64,000 nucleotides of DNA, from positions 19,833 to 83,832 of IMG/VR virus record IMGVR_UViG_3300023210_000021; one strand, written 5' to 3'. Positions 40,246 to 49,689 of this stretch are shown here, one piece after another (position 1 is the first letter of the stretch; every line of letters begins with the position of its first letter). The notes under the pieces are model-generated. The model saw nothing but the letters and a program-made list of their open reading frames with translations, was not told the origin of the DNA and made no database searches. Position numbers and translations under genes: made by a program. The DNA comes from a virus.

Positions 40246-40840
40246 TACTCTCTATATCACATAAATAAGGTAAAAACCTAACCTTATTGTTTATTTTTGT
40301 CATTATATTCTTATACTTATTAAATATTTCTGTGTCCATCAAAAGACACCCTGACAAATTACGCAATTTAGTTATTACCCTATTCGGTTCGATACCGAGA
40401 TACTCTACCACATCTAAATCAATACCAAAAATCATACCCTCAGCATACAGATACACCATTCTGTCGTTGTGGATATAAAGTTTAGGATTTTTTAGTGAGT
40501 AAATTTTTCTTAAAATTTTATTTATTTTTTTTCTTGAATCATGAATAATATCAACATAAATGTAATGGATTTCGTCACCGATTCTATTGTAACTGTTGTA
40601 TATAAATTTTTTTACATCCTTTTCATAATCAACCCTTCTTTCTTTGGGGGAGAATGTCCAACAGGTTGTTGGACTAATTTCCTTATGGAGTATGGATACC
40701 TCATCACCATACAACTCCTTTGTCTTATCCCAACCAACTATAAGTGTGGGTAAACCCTCAATAATGGTTTCTACCTTTCTACACACCTTAAAATTAGGAT
40801 CTTCTATTTTTGACGTTGTGACTATGTTTCCAATATACAT
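40238..40840 (-). CDS. hypothetical protein (200 aa)
   Basis: ATG at 40840 preferred; TATATTTG promoter element at 40853-40846 directly upstream. Confidence 0.7.
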   Translation of the reverse strand: MYIGNIVTTSKIEDPNFKVCRKVETIIEGLPTLIVGWDKTKELYGDEVSILHKEISPTTCWTFSPKERRVDYEKDVKKFIYNSYNRIGDEIHYIYVDIIHDSRKKINKILRKIYSLKNPKLYIHNDRMVYLYAEGMIFGIDLDVVEYLGIEPNRVITKLRNLSGCLLMDTEIFNKYKNIMTKINNKVRFLPYLCDIESNG

Positions 40841-40871
40841 AAACACAAATATAAGGAAAATAAATTACATT

Positions 40872-43800
40872 TTAAATATTTTCTTCATCTTTAAGATCAA
40901 GGATGTCCAGTACTTTACTAAACACCGAATATCTCTCAGTAGAGTGTTTATAATCCTCACCATTAATTTTATTAAACAATTCAGTGTAAGAAGCTGATTT
41001 TCCACCTTTAGCAATTTCATTTATTTCATTTTTTTTCCAAAAAGATGCCGCACTAGCTAATGATACTACTGGGTTGGTAACCATTACGTCTAGGTCATCA
41101 AAAAAGTCGCCCGTTATAAATGGCTCTAACACTTGTTTGAAGTCATTATCACCCTTTATTGTTTGGTATTGATCTCTTCCGGTTAATAAAAACGCCCCCC
41201 TCCCTCTAAACTTATAACCATCACCATCTTCAGTATTACCTAACCCACCAACACCATCACTATTTTCATATGCCAATTGTGCTCTACTACCATTTTGTGC
41301 AATTCTATTGTCATCAATGTTTGGTGTATTCCATACCTCTTCCGTTATAGTCATATTACTAGATTCATAAAGAACCGAAGCTAAAAACATTGTCACCTGA
41401 GAGTTTGTTAATATTTTAAATTTAATAAGAATTTTTTTAAATTCACTATCTGTGCCAGTATCGTCACTTATTATTTCTGATGTGGTTTGTGTTATACCTA
41501 ATCTACGGAACCCTGCAGCCGTTAACGTTGTAAATTTATCGAATACATTATCGGGGTTTTGAACCGACCATGGCGCTGGATTTCGATTTATTGGTTTTTG
41601 ATCAATTTTTTTAGAAGCAAACTCTTCAGTTAAGTTTAAATTTAAAAAAGTTGTTGCGGTATCAATTATGGGGGTTGATACACTACTTTGTCTAACACCT
41701 TCAAAATTTGTACTAATATGGTTGGGTGTAATACTATGTGTCACATTAGTTATTAAGTATGCCCCCCTGAAAAAAGGAACGTTGTCCAATTGGAAGTACA
41801 TTAGTGGTTGTATATTCATACACCCTAACGACTCTACCTTACACTTGTAAGACCTAGCTTGATAAATTTGGTATAAGTCAGTTCCCTGATAAGTTCTTTT
41901 AGACCCGCCCCTATTATCAATCAATTCAGTTAAGACTTTAAAATATTCACCAGTTTCCCTATGTTCTTCTTGATTTAAGTTAAGGTTTTTAAATATGCTT
42001 TGGTTTTCTGCACCAAAAGCAACCCTGAAAGCAACTAAATTATATGAAAGACCATTTGAGTCTGTTGGTTTGTTACAATTAGTAAATTCTGATGGAACAG
42101 CTTGAGGGGTATCAAAATCCATACCATCATTACTATAATCACTATCTTCTATTTCTAATGATTTTGAACTACCCCCTGCGTAGATACAAGTATAGATTGG
42201 ACCACCCGAACTATTAGGATCTAAACTCGTTGTGGGTTTGAAAATACCTTCAACCTCTATTTCATCTTTAAAATTTATATATGTTGGTAGTATTTGTAAA
42301 AGAAAGTTACTATCCCTTAAAACCTTTGCCAAATAAAAATACATATTAATATCATAGTCACCACTTAATGTTGCAACACTATTTAGGTTTACTGCCGCAT
42401 TATCACCTATGTCACACCAAGATCTATTAATAAACTTAAAATAATTAATTAAATTATCGTCTGGGTTTGGTGCACATGCGTTATACATGTCTTTACCATT
42501 AATTGACCCACCAATCCATTTATCGTAAATATTTTTAAAATACTTATAAAACGCATTTTTTAAGTCAGAATTATTTGTGGTAGCTAATGGGTTGTTATTA
42601 CCATCATCATTCTCACTACTTGATTTTTCTTGTATAGACTCTGGTTTCCAAAAATTAATAAAAGAATTTTTGTATTCATTTACATATGTCAGAATATTAT
42701 CTGTTTCTACAATGTTACCATTTAATTTTTTATTCCATAGGTTTGGTGTGGTTGATATCAGTGTGGTTTGTTCTTTTAAATCATTAATTAAAGAATTAAT
42801 ATCTGAAGTATACTCATTATTTAGTTGGTCGCTTGGTTCTAATGATTCTAAATATGATTCCATTAACCTACTAAATTCAACTAACTCAGATTTAACCCAT
42901 CGTTTATAATAATTTATTAATAATTCTTTTGTTTTAGGTGGTAAAGTTAAAAGTAAACTAGGAATTTGCCTTCCCTCTATGGTGTCTCCATATATTTTAT
43001 TTTTCCCCACATTATAAAGGAAATTTGACGGGGATGTTTGACCTACCTCACTCCCAGACCATATTATAGGGTCATTAGCTAAAACCCCAGATGATTCTTC
43101 ATACCTCCAAATAGATCCACACAACCATAATAAATAATATTTAGGTAATTTTATAACTTTAGCAACATCACCTAAAAGTGGTATAATTTTATTTGGGTTA
43201 TCAAAGGGTAATGTATTAAGTAATAATAAAGCTTGTGATTCATTGTTAGTTTGCCCAGAATAAAGATCACTTTTAAATATATTTTGTTTTTCAGGCTCTA
43301 AGAACCCTATAAAATTATTATTACTTTGACCATTTTGTGCTGACCCGTCAAAATCATTAATACTTTTAAAAGGGAGTATATAATTTATATCATTAGTCCC
43401 TTCTGGTGGTTTTATTTTGTTAAAAATAGTATCACCCCACACTAAATATGAAATATTGTGTGTTGGTAACTTATAGCTAACATTAAAATATTTAATACCA
43501 TTTTTAATGCCATTAGTTTTATAAGACTTATTTATATTACCAATAGCTTTTTTTGCTTTACCATTACCACTTATTTTGGGGGACACATCAAGTGTGTTTT
43601 GGAGAATGCTTTTACCTATTGAATTGGAAAAGTCTTTACCGATATAAAGGTATGAATTATCACAACTCGTTTCACCGTCTATAATAAATGAACCCGACGC
43701 TATTGTATCCTTTAGGTAATTATCATCACCACCAGAAATGGGTTTAATTATTTGATTATCTTTAGCGTATTCTATAATCTCCTCACCGTTAAGGTTTTCA

Positions 43801-46031
43801 ATTATGGATTGAGCATAGATTTTATCCTTAGTATTTATCCCAGAATACGCTCCATCTAATAAAGCGTAATTCTTTAAGGTATCGTTATATTTTGAGGTGT
43901 TGGTGAGAAATATTACCCTGTCTATTATTTCAACAATTAAAGATTCCGGAACACCTTTTTTGGTTTTTATATCCCAAAAATCTGTTTGGTTTAACCCTAT
44001 ATAAGGAAAAGATTTATAACCATATGGTGTTATGGGGTACCAATTATTAGATATCTCTTTAACCGCACCTTTTGATGCAATTTCTGAATCAGCATTAACT
44101 CTGGCAGATGATGTTAAATACGCATCAACAACTTCCTCAACAAAAGATATTTCAGGGAAAAGATAAGTTTTGTCATCTTCTTTTGGTAATACGTCACCTA
44201 TCCACCTACTTTTTTCACCATCTTTTAGGTTTTCTATAATTTCAGGCCACGCGTAAACCGTTTTGTTGTTGGTTGGTGTGTCTGTGTTCCCTTTTGATCC
44301 CGATGCAGGGTTAACTTTATTTAATATATCGTATCGTTCAGAACTATATTTTTCTGCATTTATTGACACATCATATATTGTAGATAACATTGCTTGGGTG
44401 TTATTTGTGAAAACATTAACAACCTCTCTAATATATGGGTTAAATGTTAGTTTTTTAGATAATTTTTCATTAATATCGATTATAGCTTTTTTCTGTATTT
44501 CATCTAATTGTGATTTTTTATTTATAAAGGTGGTTTCAAGTTCATTCCTAAATGGGTATAAATCTACAGCAAATACCTTATCGTCACCGTCATTACTGAA
44601 TTTTCCTGCACCAAAATAATTTCCTTTTTGTTCCTTTAAACTTTTGAAATCAAAGTCATACAACCAAATATCACCTAGTTTTTCGGTTCCAGTTATTGTC
44701 AATTGATCGTTATAAATGGATCTAAAAGTGTCCCCATCACCTGGTTCTTTGAGTTTACTAAAAAATTCAGTGAAACTATAACCAATATCCGCAGATTCAT
44801 CTTCTGATTTTTCAAATGGGTAAAGGGTAAAAGGATTGTCTGTCGCGGGAGTAGCTTCGGTCTTTTCAAATTTTACATAATCTTCATATAAATTGTATGT
44901 TTTTTCCACAAAATCCAAAAATTCTTTTTTCATTACGTGCTTAACTATTAATAAATCTCTAATAATTACATAATCAGTACCCTCTATTAAACTACTATAC
45001 CCAATTTCATCCGATAGTAATTGTTTTGACGCTTTTACATTTGATTTTCCACCAGATACACCTTTATTGACGCTCGTATCATTTCCAACTTTGTTATCAA
45101 TGTTTATATCAATTGAATTAATTACTGGTTTACCAAAAAGAGAAATGAATCTTTTTAATTTACTTATTTCAGTATTTAATGTTTTTAAACTTTGGAAACT
45201 ATCGCTATCCGCCTTTAATTCTTTAGTTATCTCACTAATTTTTGTTACCTCATTTATGAAATCATCTATCTTTGGTGTTGGTTTTTCCACACCATTACTA
45301 TCCTTTATTGTTAACTTACTTAAAGCGTCTGCACCAGCTCTAGTGTTAACCACACCAACAATATTACCTAAAACCATATCAGCTAAAAAAGCTTGTTGGA
45401 ACCCTACAAAATTTGATTTAATCTGAAAATTACCTGTTGATCCGTCAAAATCAAAATTAGATTTTACCATGTGTAAACAATAAGTTACCGCCTTTCCATA
45501 ATAACCTTTAACAGTTAATTTGAATACTGGGTATGGTAGTGAGAAAAATACACTATATGGTGATTGTCTATTTTCAGAGTCTATTACATTAAACAAAGAA
45601 CTACCCCTTAAATCTGTAAATGTAATATCTACCTTTGGTACAAGGGCTGCCCCAAAACTGATATTTATACTATTAATACCAAAACCCTCTAATATTCCAC
45701 TACTACCATCTTTAACACCACCCATATTTGTCCAATCGGTAGTTGCGTAACTATTGGTTATTGTTTGTTCGGTAGACCCTTTATCTACACTTGTAGCAAT
45801 AAAATTTATAACACCATCACTACCATCGGTATCCAATATTTCTGCACTATTGGCTGATGAGTCTATTTCAACTACACTACGTTTTTTTTTAACAGCGCTT
45901 AGTTTTACATAGATAAAAAGATCTTCGTTTGGGACTACATCCCTACCAGGTGGGTTGGGGTCAACTAAAAATAAATTTGCTTTACCTTCTATGTCCCCAC
46001 CTAAATTCTCTGCTGTCGGTTCATTCCCCAT
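40872..46031 (-). CDS. baseplate hub / tail-associated lysin with a C-terminal glycoside hydrolase family 19-like domain
   Basis: Hub-like segments (VDITFTDLRG; CKVESLGCMNIQP...GAYLITNVTHSI) and C-terminal FLASVLYES...GNTEDGDGYKFRGRG..LTGRDQY...SAASFW...KING. Confidence 0.8.
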   Translation of the reverse strand: MGNEPTAENLGGDIEGKANLFLVDPNPPGRDVVPNEDLFIYVKLSAVKKKRSVVEIDSSANSAEILDTDGSDGVINFIATSVDKGSTEQTITNSYATTDWTNMGGVKDGSSGILEGFGINSINISFGAALVPKVDITFTDLRGSSLFNVIDSENRQSPYSVFFSLPYPVFKLTVKGYYGKAVTYCLHMVKSNFDFDGSTGNFQIKSNFVGFQQAFLADMVLGNIVGVVNTRAGADALSKLTIKDSNGVEKPTPKIDDFINEVTKISEITKELKADSDSFQSLKTLNTEISKLKRFISLFGKPVINSIDINIDNKVGNDTSVNKGVSGGKSNVKASKQLLSDEIGYSSLIEGTDYVIIRDLLIVKHVMKKEFLDFVEKTYNLYEDYVKFEKTEATPATDNPFTLYPFEKSEDESADIGYSFTEFFSKLKEPGDGDTFRSIYNDQLTITGTEKLGDIWLYDFDFKSLKEQKGNYFGAGKFSNDGDDKVFAVDLYPFRNELETTFINKKSQLDEIQKKAIIDINEKLSKKLTFNPYIREVVNVFTNNTQAMLSTIYDVSINAEKYSSERYDILNKVNPASGSKGNTDTPTNNKTVYAWPEIIENLKDGEKSRWIGDVLPKEDDKTYLFPEISFVEEVVDAYLTSSARVNADSEIASKGAVKEISNNWYPITPYGYKSFPYIGLNQTDFWDIKTKKGVPESLIVEIIDRVIFLTNTSKYNDTLKNYALLDGAYSGINTKDKIYAQSIIENLNGEEIIEYAKDNQIIKPISGGDDNYLKDTIASGSFIIDGETSCDNSYLYIGKDFSNSIGKSILQNTLDVSPKISGNGKAKKAIGNINKSYKTNGIKNGIKYFNVSYKLPTHNISYLVWGDTIFNKIKPPEGTNDINYILPFKSINDFDGSAQNGQSNNNFIGFLEPEKQNIFKSDLYSGQTNNESQALLLLNTLPFDNPNKIIPLLGDVAKVIKLPKYYLLWLCGSIWRYEESSGVLANDPIIWSGSEVGQTSPSNFLYNVGKNKIYGDTIEGRQIPSLLLTLPPKTKELLINYYKRWVKSELVEFSRLMESYLESLEPSDQLNNEYTSDINSLINDLKEQTTLISTTPNLWNKKLNGNIVETDNILTYVNEYKNSFINFWKPESIQEKSSSENDDGNNNPLATTNNSDLKNAFYKYFKNIYDKWIGGSINGKDMYNACAPNPDDNLINYFKFINRSWCDIGDNAAVNLNSVATLSGDYDINMYFYLAKVLRDSNFLLQILPTYINFKDEIEVEGIFKPTTSLDPNSSGGPIYTCIYAGGSSKSLEIEDSDYSNDGMDFDTPQAVPSEFTNCNKPTDSNGLSYNLVAFRVAFGAENQSIFKNLNLNQEEHRETGEYFKVLTELIDNRGGSKRTYQGTDLYQIYQARSYKCKVESLGCMNIQPLMYFQLDNVPFFRGAYLITNVTHSITPNHISTNFEGVRQSSVSTPIIDTATTFLNLNLTEEFASKKIDQKPINRNPAPWSVQNPDNVFDKFTTLTAAGFRRLGITQTTSEIISDDTGTDSEFKKILIKFKILTNSQVTMFLASVLYESSNMTITEEVWNTPNIDDNRIAQNGSRAQLAYENSDGVGGLGNTEDGDGYKFRGRGAFLLTGRDQYQTIKGDNDFKQVLEPFITGDFFDDLDVMVTNPVVSLASAASFWKKNEINEIAKGGKSASYTELFNKINGEDYKHSTERYSVFSKVLDILDLKDEENI

Positions 46032-46344
46032 ATAATAATTTGTATCTCCTCACCGCACTAGTATATTGTTGTAATGTGTCATTAAATGGGTAAGGAACTC
46101 TTATGATTTCACCATCTGGAATTGCGTCCTCTACACCACCATATTTAGGGTTAGCTAACATTATTAACCAACCATGAAAGGGATTACCATAATAATCCTG
46201 ACTAAACTTATCCATTCTATCTCTTTGTATTTTCCACGTAACTTGTTTATCACTAGATTTTTCTTCAAGTTTAATAAATGGTAACATTTCATATCCACCA
46301 TTGGCTTTAAAACTTTGATATCTATCGTAATATTCTTTTGCCAT
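46021..46344 (-). CDS. LysM-like baseplate protein (T4 gp53 / tail protein X-like)
   Basis: DRMDKFSQDYYGNP..GWLIMLANP...IPDGEIIRVP. Confidence 0.8.
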   Translation of the reverse strand: MAKEYYDRYQSFKANGGYEMLPFIKLEEKSSDKQVTWKIQRDRMDKFSQDYYGNPFHGWLIMLANPKYGGVEDAIPDGEIIRVPYPFNDTLQQYTSAVRRYKLLYGE

Positions 46345-46396
46345 TATATATCATTTTAATTGTTTTATTTTTTTAATAAAGGTTTTCTGGAATTTA

Positions 46397-49300
46397 TCAC
46401 GTCAGATCATCGGTGTACCTCGCTGAGGAGTTTTCAGCTAATCTCTTCAATTCTTTTTCTCGTTTCCTTTGTTCCCTTTCCTTTTTCCTTTGTTCCCTCC
46501 TTGTTAAATCATCTATGGTTTTGTTTTTTTCTTTTTCTGGGGGGACGTGGTTAGGTTTATACCCATCAATTATTTTTGATCCAGTGGTTTGTTTTTGAAT
46601 TTTGTCAGATCTTTTATCATAATACTCCGTATTAGCATAATAATTAAATGATAACGCATTTTGTATTCGATTAATTGGTCCCAGTAAAGATTGACCACCT
46701 ATAATATCAATGGATAAATTTACATCAACTACCATTGGTTGTACACCTATACCCTCTGGGTTTAAATCCCATTGTATAGATCCGCCACCAGCGTGATTTA
46801 TTGAAAGGCTATTAATAATAACTTTTGAGTAGAAGAAATCACCAATACGTAATATACAAACTGGTGGTCTACCAAAAGCAAGATTTTGGGGGTTTCTATC
46901 ACCACCCACATTATCATAAATACTTGGTCCTTGTCTCATACATTGATGTAGGAATGTCATTCTACTATTTAAACCTTCAGGTGTCATCGAATGGAATGCT
47001 GGTTGGAAATACTTTATTTTTTCTGATATGGTTTTGAAGTAGTTAGGGTAACTATCATCAATAATGTCAAAGAAATTACACTCATCAATTGTTACATTAG
47101 CTAATTTTTCAGGATCAATCTTAAACCCTTCTTCGGCATTTTGGTTTTCAGACTCTATCTTCCTTGGCTCAAATTTTATGGTGAAATCAACTCGCATGTC
47201 ACTTTCCACAAATTCTTTTTTGTTTGATTTTGTTGCACCATAAGATTTTGTTTTTATATTACTTGATTTGACACCCCACCCCAATACAATGTCTTCAATT
47301 TTAGCAACCCTTAACTCACTTAGGTTTTGTGTCAAATTTTTCAATTCCTTTTTAGTTAAATTCTCATCTGGGTATTCAAAGTTTGAGGCGTATCCTTTAA
47401 TATCCACAATTACAATTGGTTCATCATCATCGTTTTTTGGTGCGTTATCAATAATGTCTTTATACAAACCGTTAGATGTTGAATTATTATCCCAATCTTG
47501 GTTTTTAACATTACTTCCACTGGGATTGATCTGTCTTGGATCAAAATATATTTTAGTTTCAGCCGTGTCTATATTTGGCGCTGATAATGCTTGTCCTATT
47601 GATGAATTTTTAGCATTCTCAATAGCTCTCATAGTATTAATATCTATAACATTAACCAAATTAGCGTTATCCATAAATTCATCAACTGTTCTACCACCAG
47701 CAAATAACTTCTCAATCAAATCACTTTGTCTTCCTCTAAATTCATTTATAACCGATGGGTGGTCAACTAACATTTTAAAACGTAATTGACCAGACCTCTT
47801 AGTGTTATTGTAAGTATATAGTGGTTCACCCCTACCAATAAATTCTGTAGATGTCCAATTAGCATCTACATTCTCATCAAATTGTAAATCATATGGTGGA
47901 AACCACATAATTCTTCCTTTATTACCCGATATAGGATCACCATTACCTCTTTCACAAGGTGGAAGGTCATCCCAATTATCTGACCACGCTAAATTTTCTA
48001 TTGAAAACATAAATTTCTTATTATCCGAATTTCTATCTAATGATGTTGGGTGCGTTTTTACTATACCATTAGCTTGTATAACACTTAGTGTGTCTTTGTC
48101 TCTACCAATAGAACCTTTTTTGAATTGTAATCCTGTTTTTTTAATTGCGTTTTCGTAAGAGTACCCACGCTCAACCGTCCAAGTTCTGAAAAATGATGTA
48201 GCGTCATTATCGTTTGATTTTATTGCGCTACCTCTTGAAATATATTTATCTGCAATTGTATCTTTAAAAAATTTATCCGTTTGGTTTATGAATATTCTGT
48301 CTGAATTATCGTTTACTAACTTTTGGGTTTTACCTAATAAAGTATCGGGGTTAAACTCGCCACCATCTAACTTCCAAAAGAAATCATCTTCTACATTTGT
48401 TTTATATTCTGTGTCTACCGAATCATTAAATTGTTCTGTTTTAAACACTTTCGTTAGTGTATCACCTCTATTTGTACTTCTATCATCACCGATATAATAC
48501 CTGCTTTTTGGTGCATCTGACCCTAACAATGATGATAATCTAGGATCTTCATATTTAGGGATAAACTTATTCATACCTAAATTAGTATATAATAAAAGTT
48601 TTTGACCATCACTTGTTCTAGACAACATTTCATTATTCCTTGCTTCGGTTGATAATGCGGTATCAGATTTTACACCTAAACTTCCTAATATATCCATTAC
48701 CTTTCCTTCATCACCTTTGATTTGTGAATACTCTTGCCAACCAACCGCTTCGTCAGGTAATTGACTATAGGGTGTTTCTGACCCATCTAAATAATTTATA
48801 AATGTAACCGTTTTATCAACTTTATCTTTCGGTATTGTAATATCGTAACTATCTACATTCGCCCCATTTTTTAATGCACTTAGGGTTTTGTTTGGTTGAA
48901 TAAATTCACTCTCTATGATTTGAGCCTTTCTGTCTAATATAGAAGACTTTAATCTTTCCATCCCAATTATACCAAGAAAACTCTCCGTATTTGTTGTTAC
49001 GTCATTGGTTTGGATAAGCTGATATGGGTCTCTACGTCCAATTTCGTCACCTGTGGCAACCAATTTAAACCTATCTAGGTTAAGGGATACGGGGTAGGTA
49101 GAACGTATGTTAGTGACATCGTAATAACTTTCGTATGGTGCAGGTAAATAAGGGAATGGTGTGGGTGGTACGTTAAAATTATATTGGTTATATTCCTCTT
49201 CGTTCGCTGCGTTGTGGATATTAAGTAATAATTGTTTTTCTCTTTCTTCGTTGGAAACATCTTCTAAGGGATATTCACCCTCATCTACCTTCGGAACGTA

Positions 49301-49492
49301 CTCCCCTATAAGTGGATTAGGTAAACTAATAACTTGACCTAAACTACCAAAGTAAGATGCAAATTCTGTTTCTCTTAAAGAATTGGGTATTGGTGGTGGT
49401 AGGTTTCTCCCCAACAACCTATTTCTTAACTCAGCAGTTGTTGTCTTAACCCCATTGACATATAAATCCTTATTTAATATTCCAGCAGACAT
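46397..49492 (-). CDS. baseplate/tail-tube-initiator-like protein with an inserted OmpA-like domain
   Basis: FDENVDANW...IGRGEPLYTYNNTKRS...FKMLVD and PPVCILRIGDFFYSKVII tube-initiator-like halves flank IYFD...IKGYAS...NLSELR...SYGA...RVDF. Confidence 0.65.
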   Translation of the reverse strand: MSAGILNKDLYVNGVKTTTAELRNRLLGRNLPPPIPNSLRETEFASYFGSLGQVISLPNPLIGEYVPKVDEGEYPLEDVSNEEREKQLLLNIHNAANEEEYNQYNFNVPPTPFPYLPAPYESYYDVTNIRSTYPVSLNLDRFKLVATGDEIGRRDPYQLIQTNDVTTNTESFLGIIGMERLKSSILDRKAQIIESEFIQPNKTLSALKNGANVDSYDITIPKDKVDKTVTFINYLDGSETPYSQLPDEAVGWQEYSQIKGDEGKVMDILGSLGVKSDTALSTEARNNEMLSRTSDGQKLLLYTNLGMNKFIPKYEDPRLSSLLGSDAPKSRYYIGDDRSTNRGDTLTKVFKTEQFNDSVDTEYKTNVEDDFFWKLDGGEFNPDTLLGKTQKLVNDNSDRIFINQTDKFFKDTIADKYISRGSAIKSNDNDATSFFRTWTVERGYSYENAIKKTGLQFKKGSIGRDKDTLSVIQANGIVKTHPTSLDRNSDNKKFMFSIENLAWSDNWDDLPPCERGNGDPISGNKGRIMWFPPYDLQFDENVDANWTSTEFIGRGEPLYTYNNTKRSGQLRFKMLVDHPSVINEFRGRQSDLIEKLFAGGRTVDEFMDNANLVNVIDINTMRAIENAKNSSIGQALSAPNIDTAETKIYFDPRQINPSGSNVKNQDWDNNSTSNGLYKDIIDNAPKNDDDEPIVIVDIKGYASNFEYPDENLTKKELKNLTQNLSELRVAKIEDIVLGWGVKSSNIKTKSYGATKSNKKEFVESDMRVDFTIKFEPRKIESENQNAEEGFKIDPEKLANVTIDECNFFDIIDDSYPNYFKTISEKIKYFQPAFHSMTPEGLNSRMTFLHQCMRQGPSIYDNVGGDRNPQNLAFGRPPVCILRIGDFFYSKVIINSLSINHAGGGSIQWDLNPEGIGVQPMVVDVNLSIDIIGGQSLLGPINRIQNALSFNYYANTEYYDKRSDKIQKQTTGSKIIDGYKPNHVPPEKEKNKTIDDLTRREQRKKEREQRKREKELKRLAENSSARYTDDLT

Positions 49493-49506
49493 AAATTTTC
49501 TTTATT

Positions 49507-49514
49507 TATAAATA
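49507..49514 (-). promoter_or_regulatory. putative phage late promoter TATTTATA
   Basis: 14 nt upstream of the ATG at 49492. Confidence 0.55.
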
Positions 49515-49689
49515 TCAAACAAGAAATTTCCAGGAATTATATATTATATTAAAGATCTTGTAATATATTGTTCTTGTTATATATTCAAGTTTTAAACTTG
49601 TTTTATAATTATTTAATCTTGTTTATCCTGTTATAAGGACCGTCCCGAAAATCGCTTAAGTAAAGGTTATGGTAAGATTATTTTTATAT

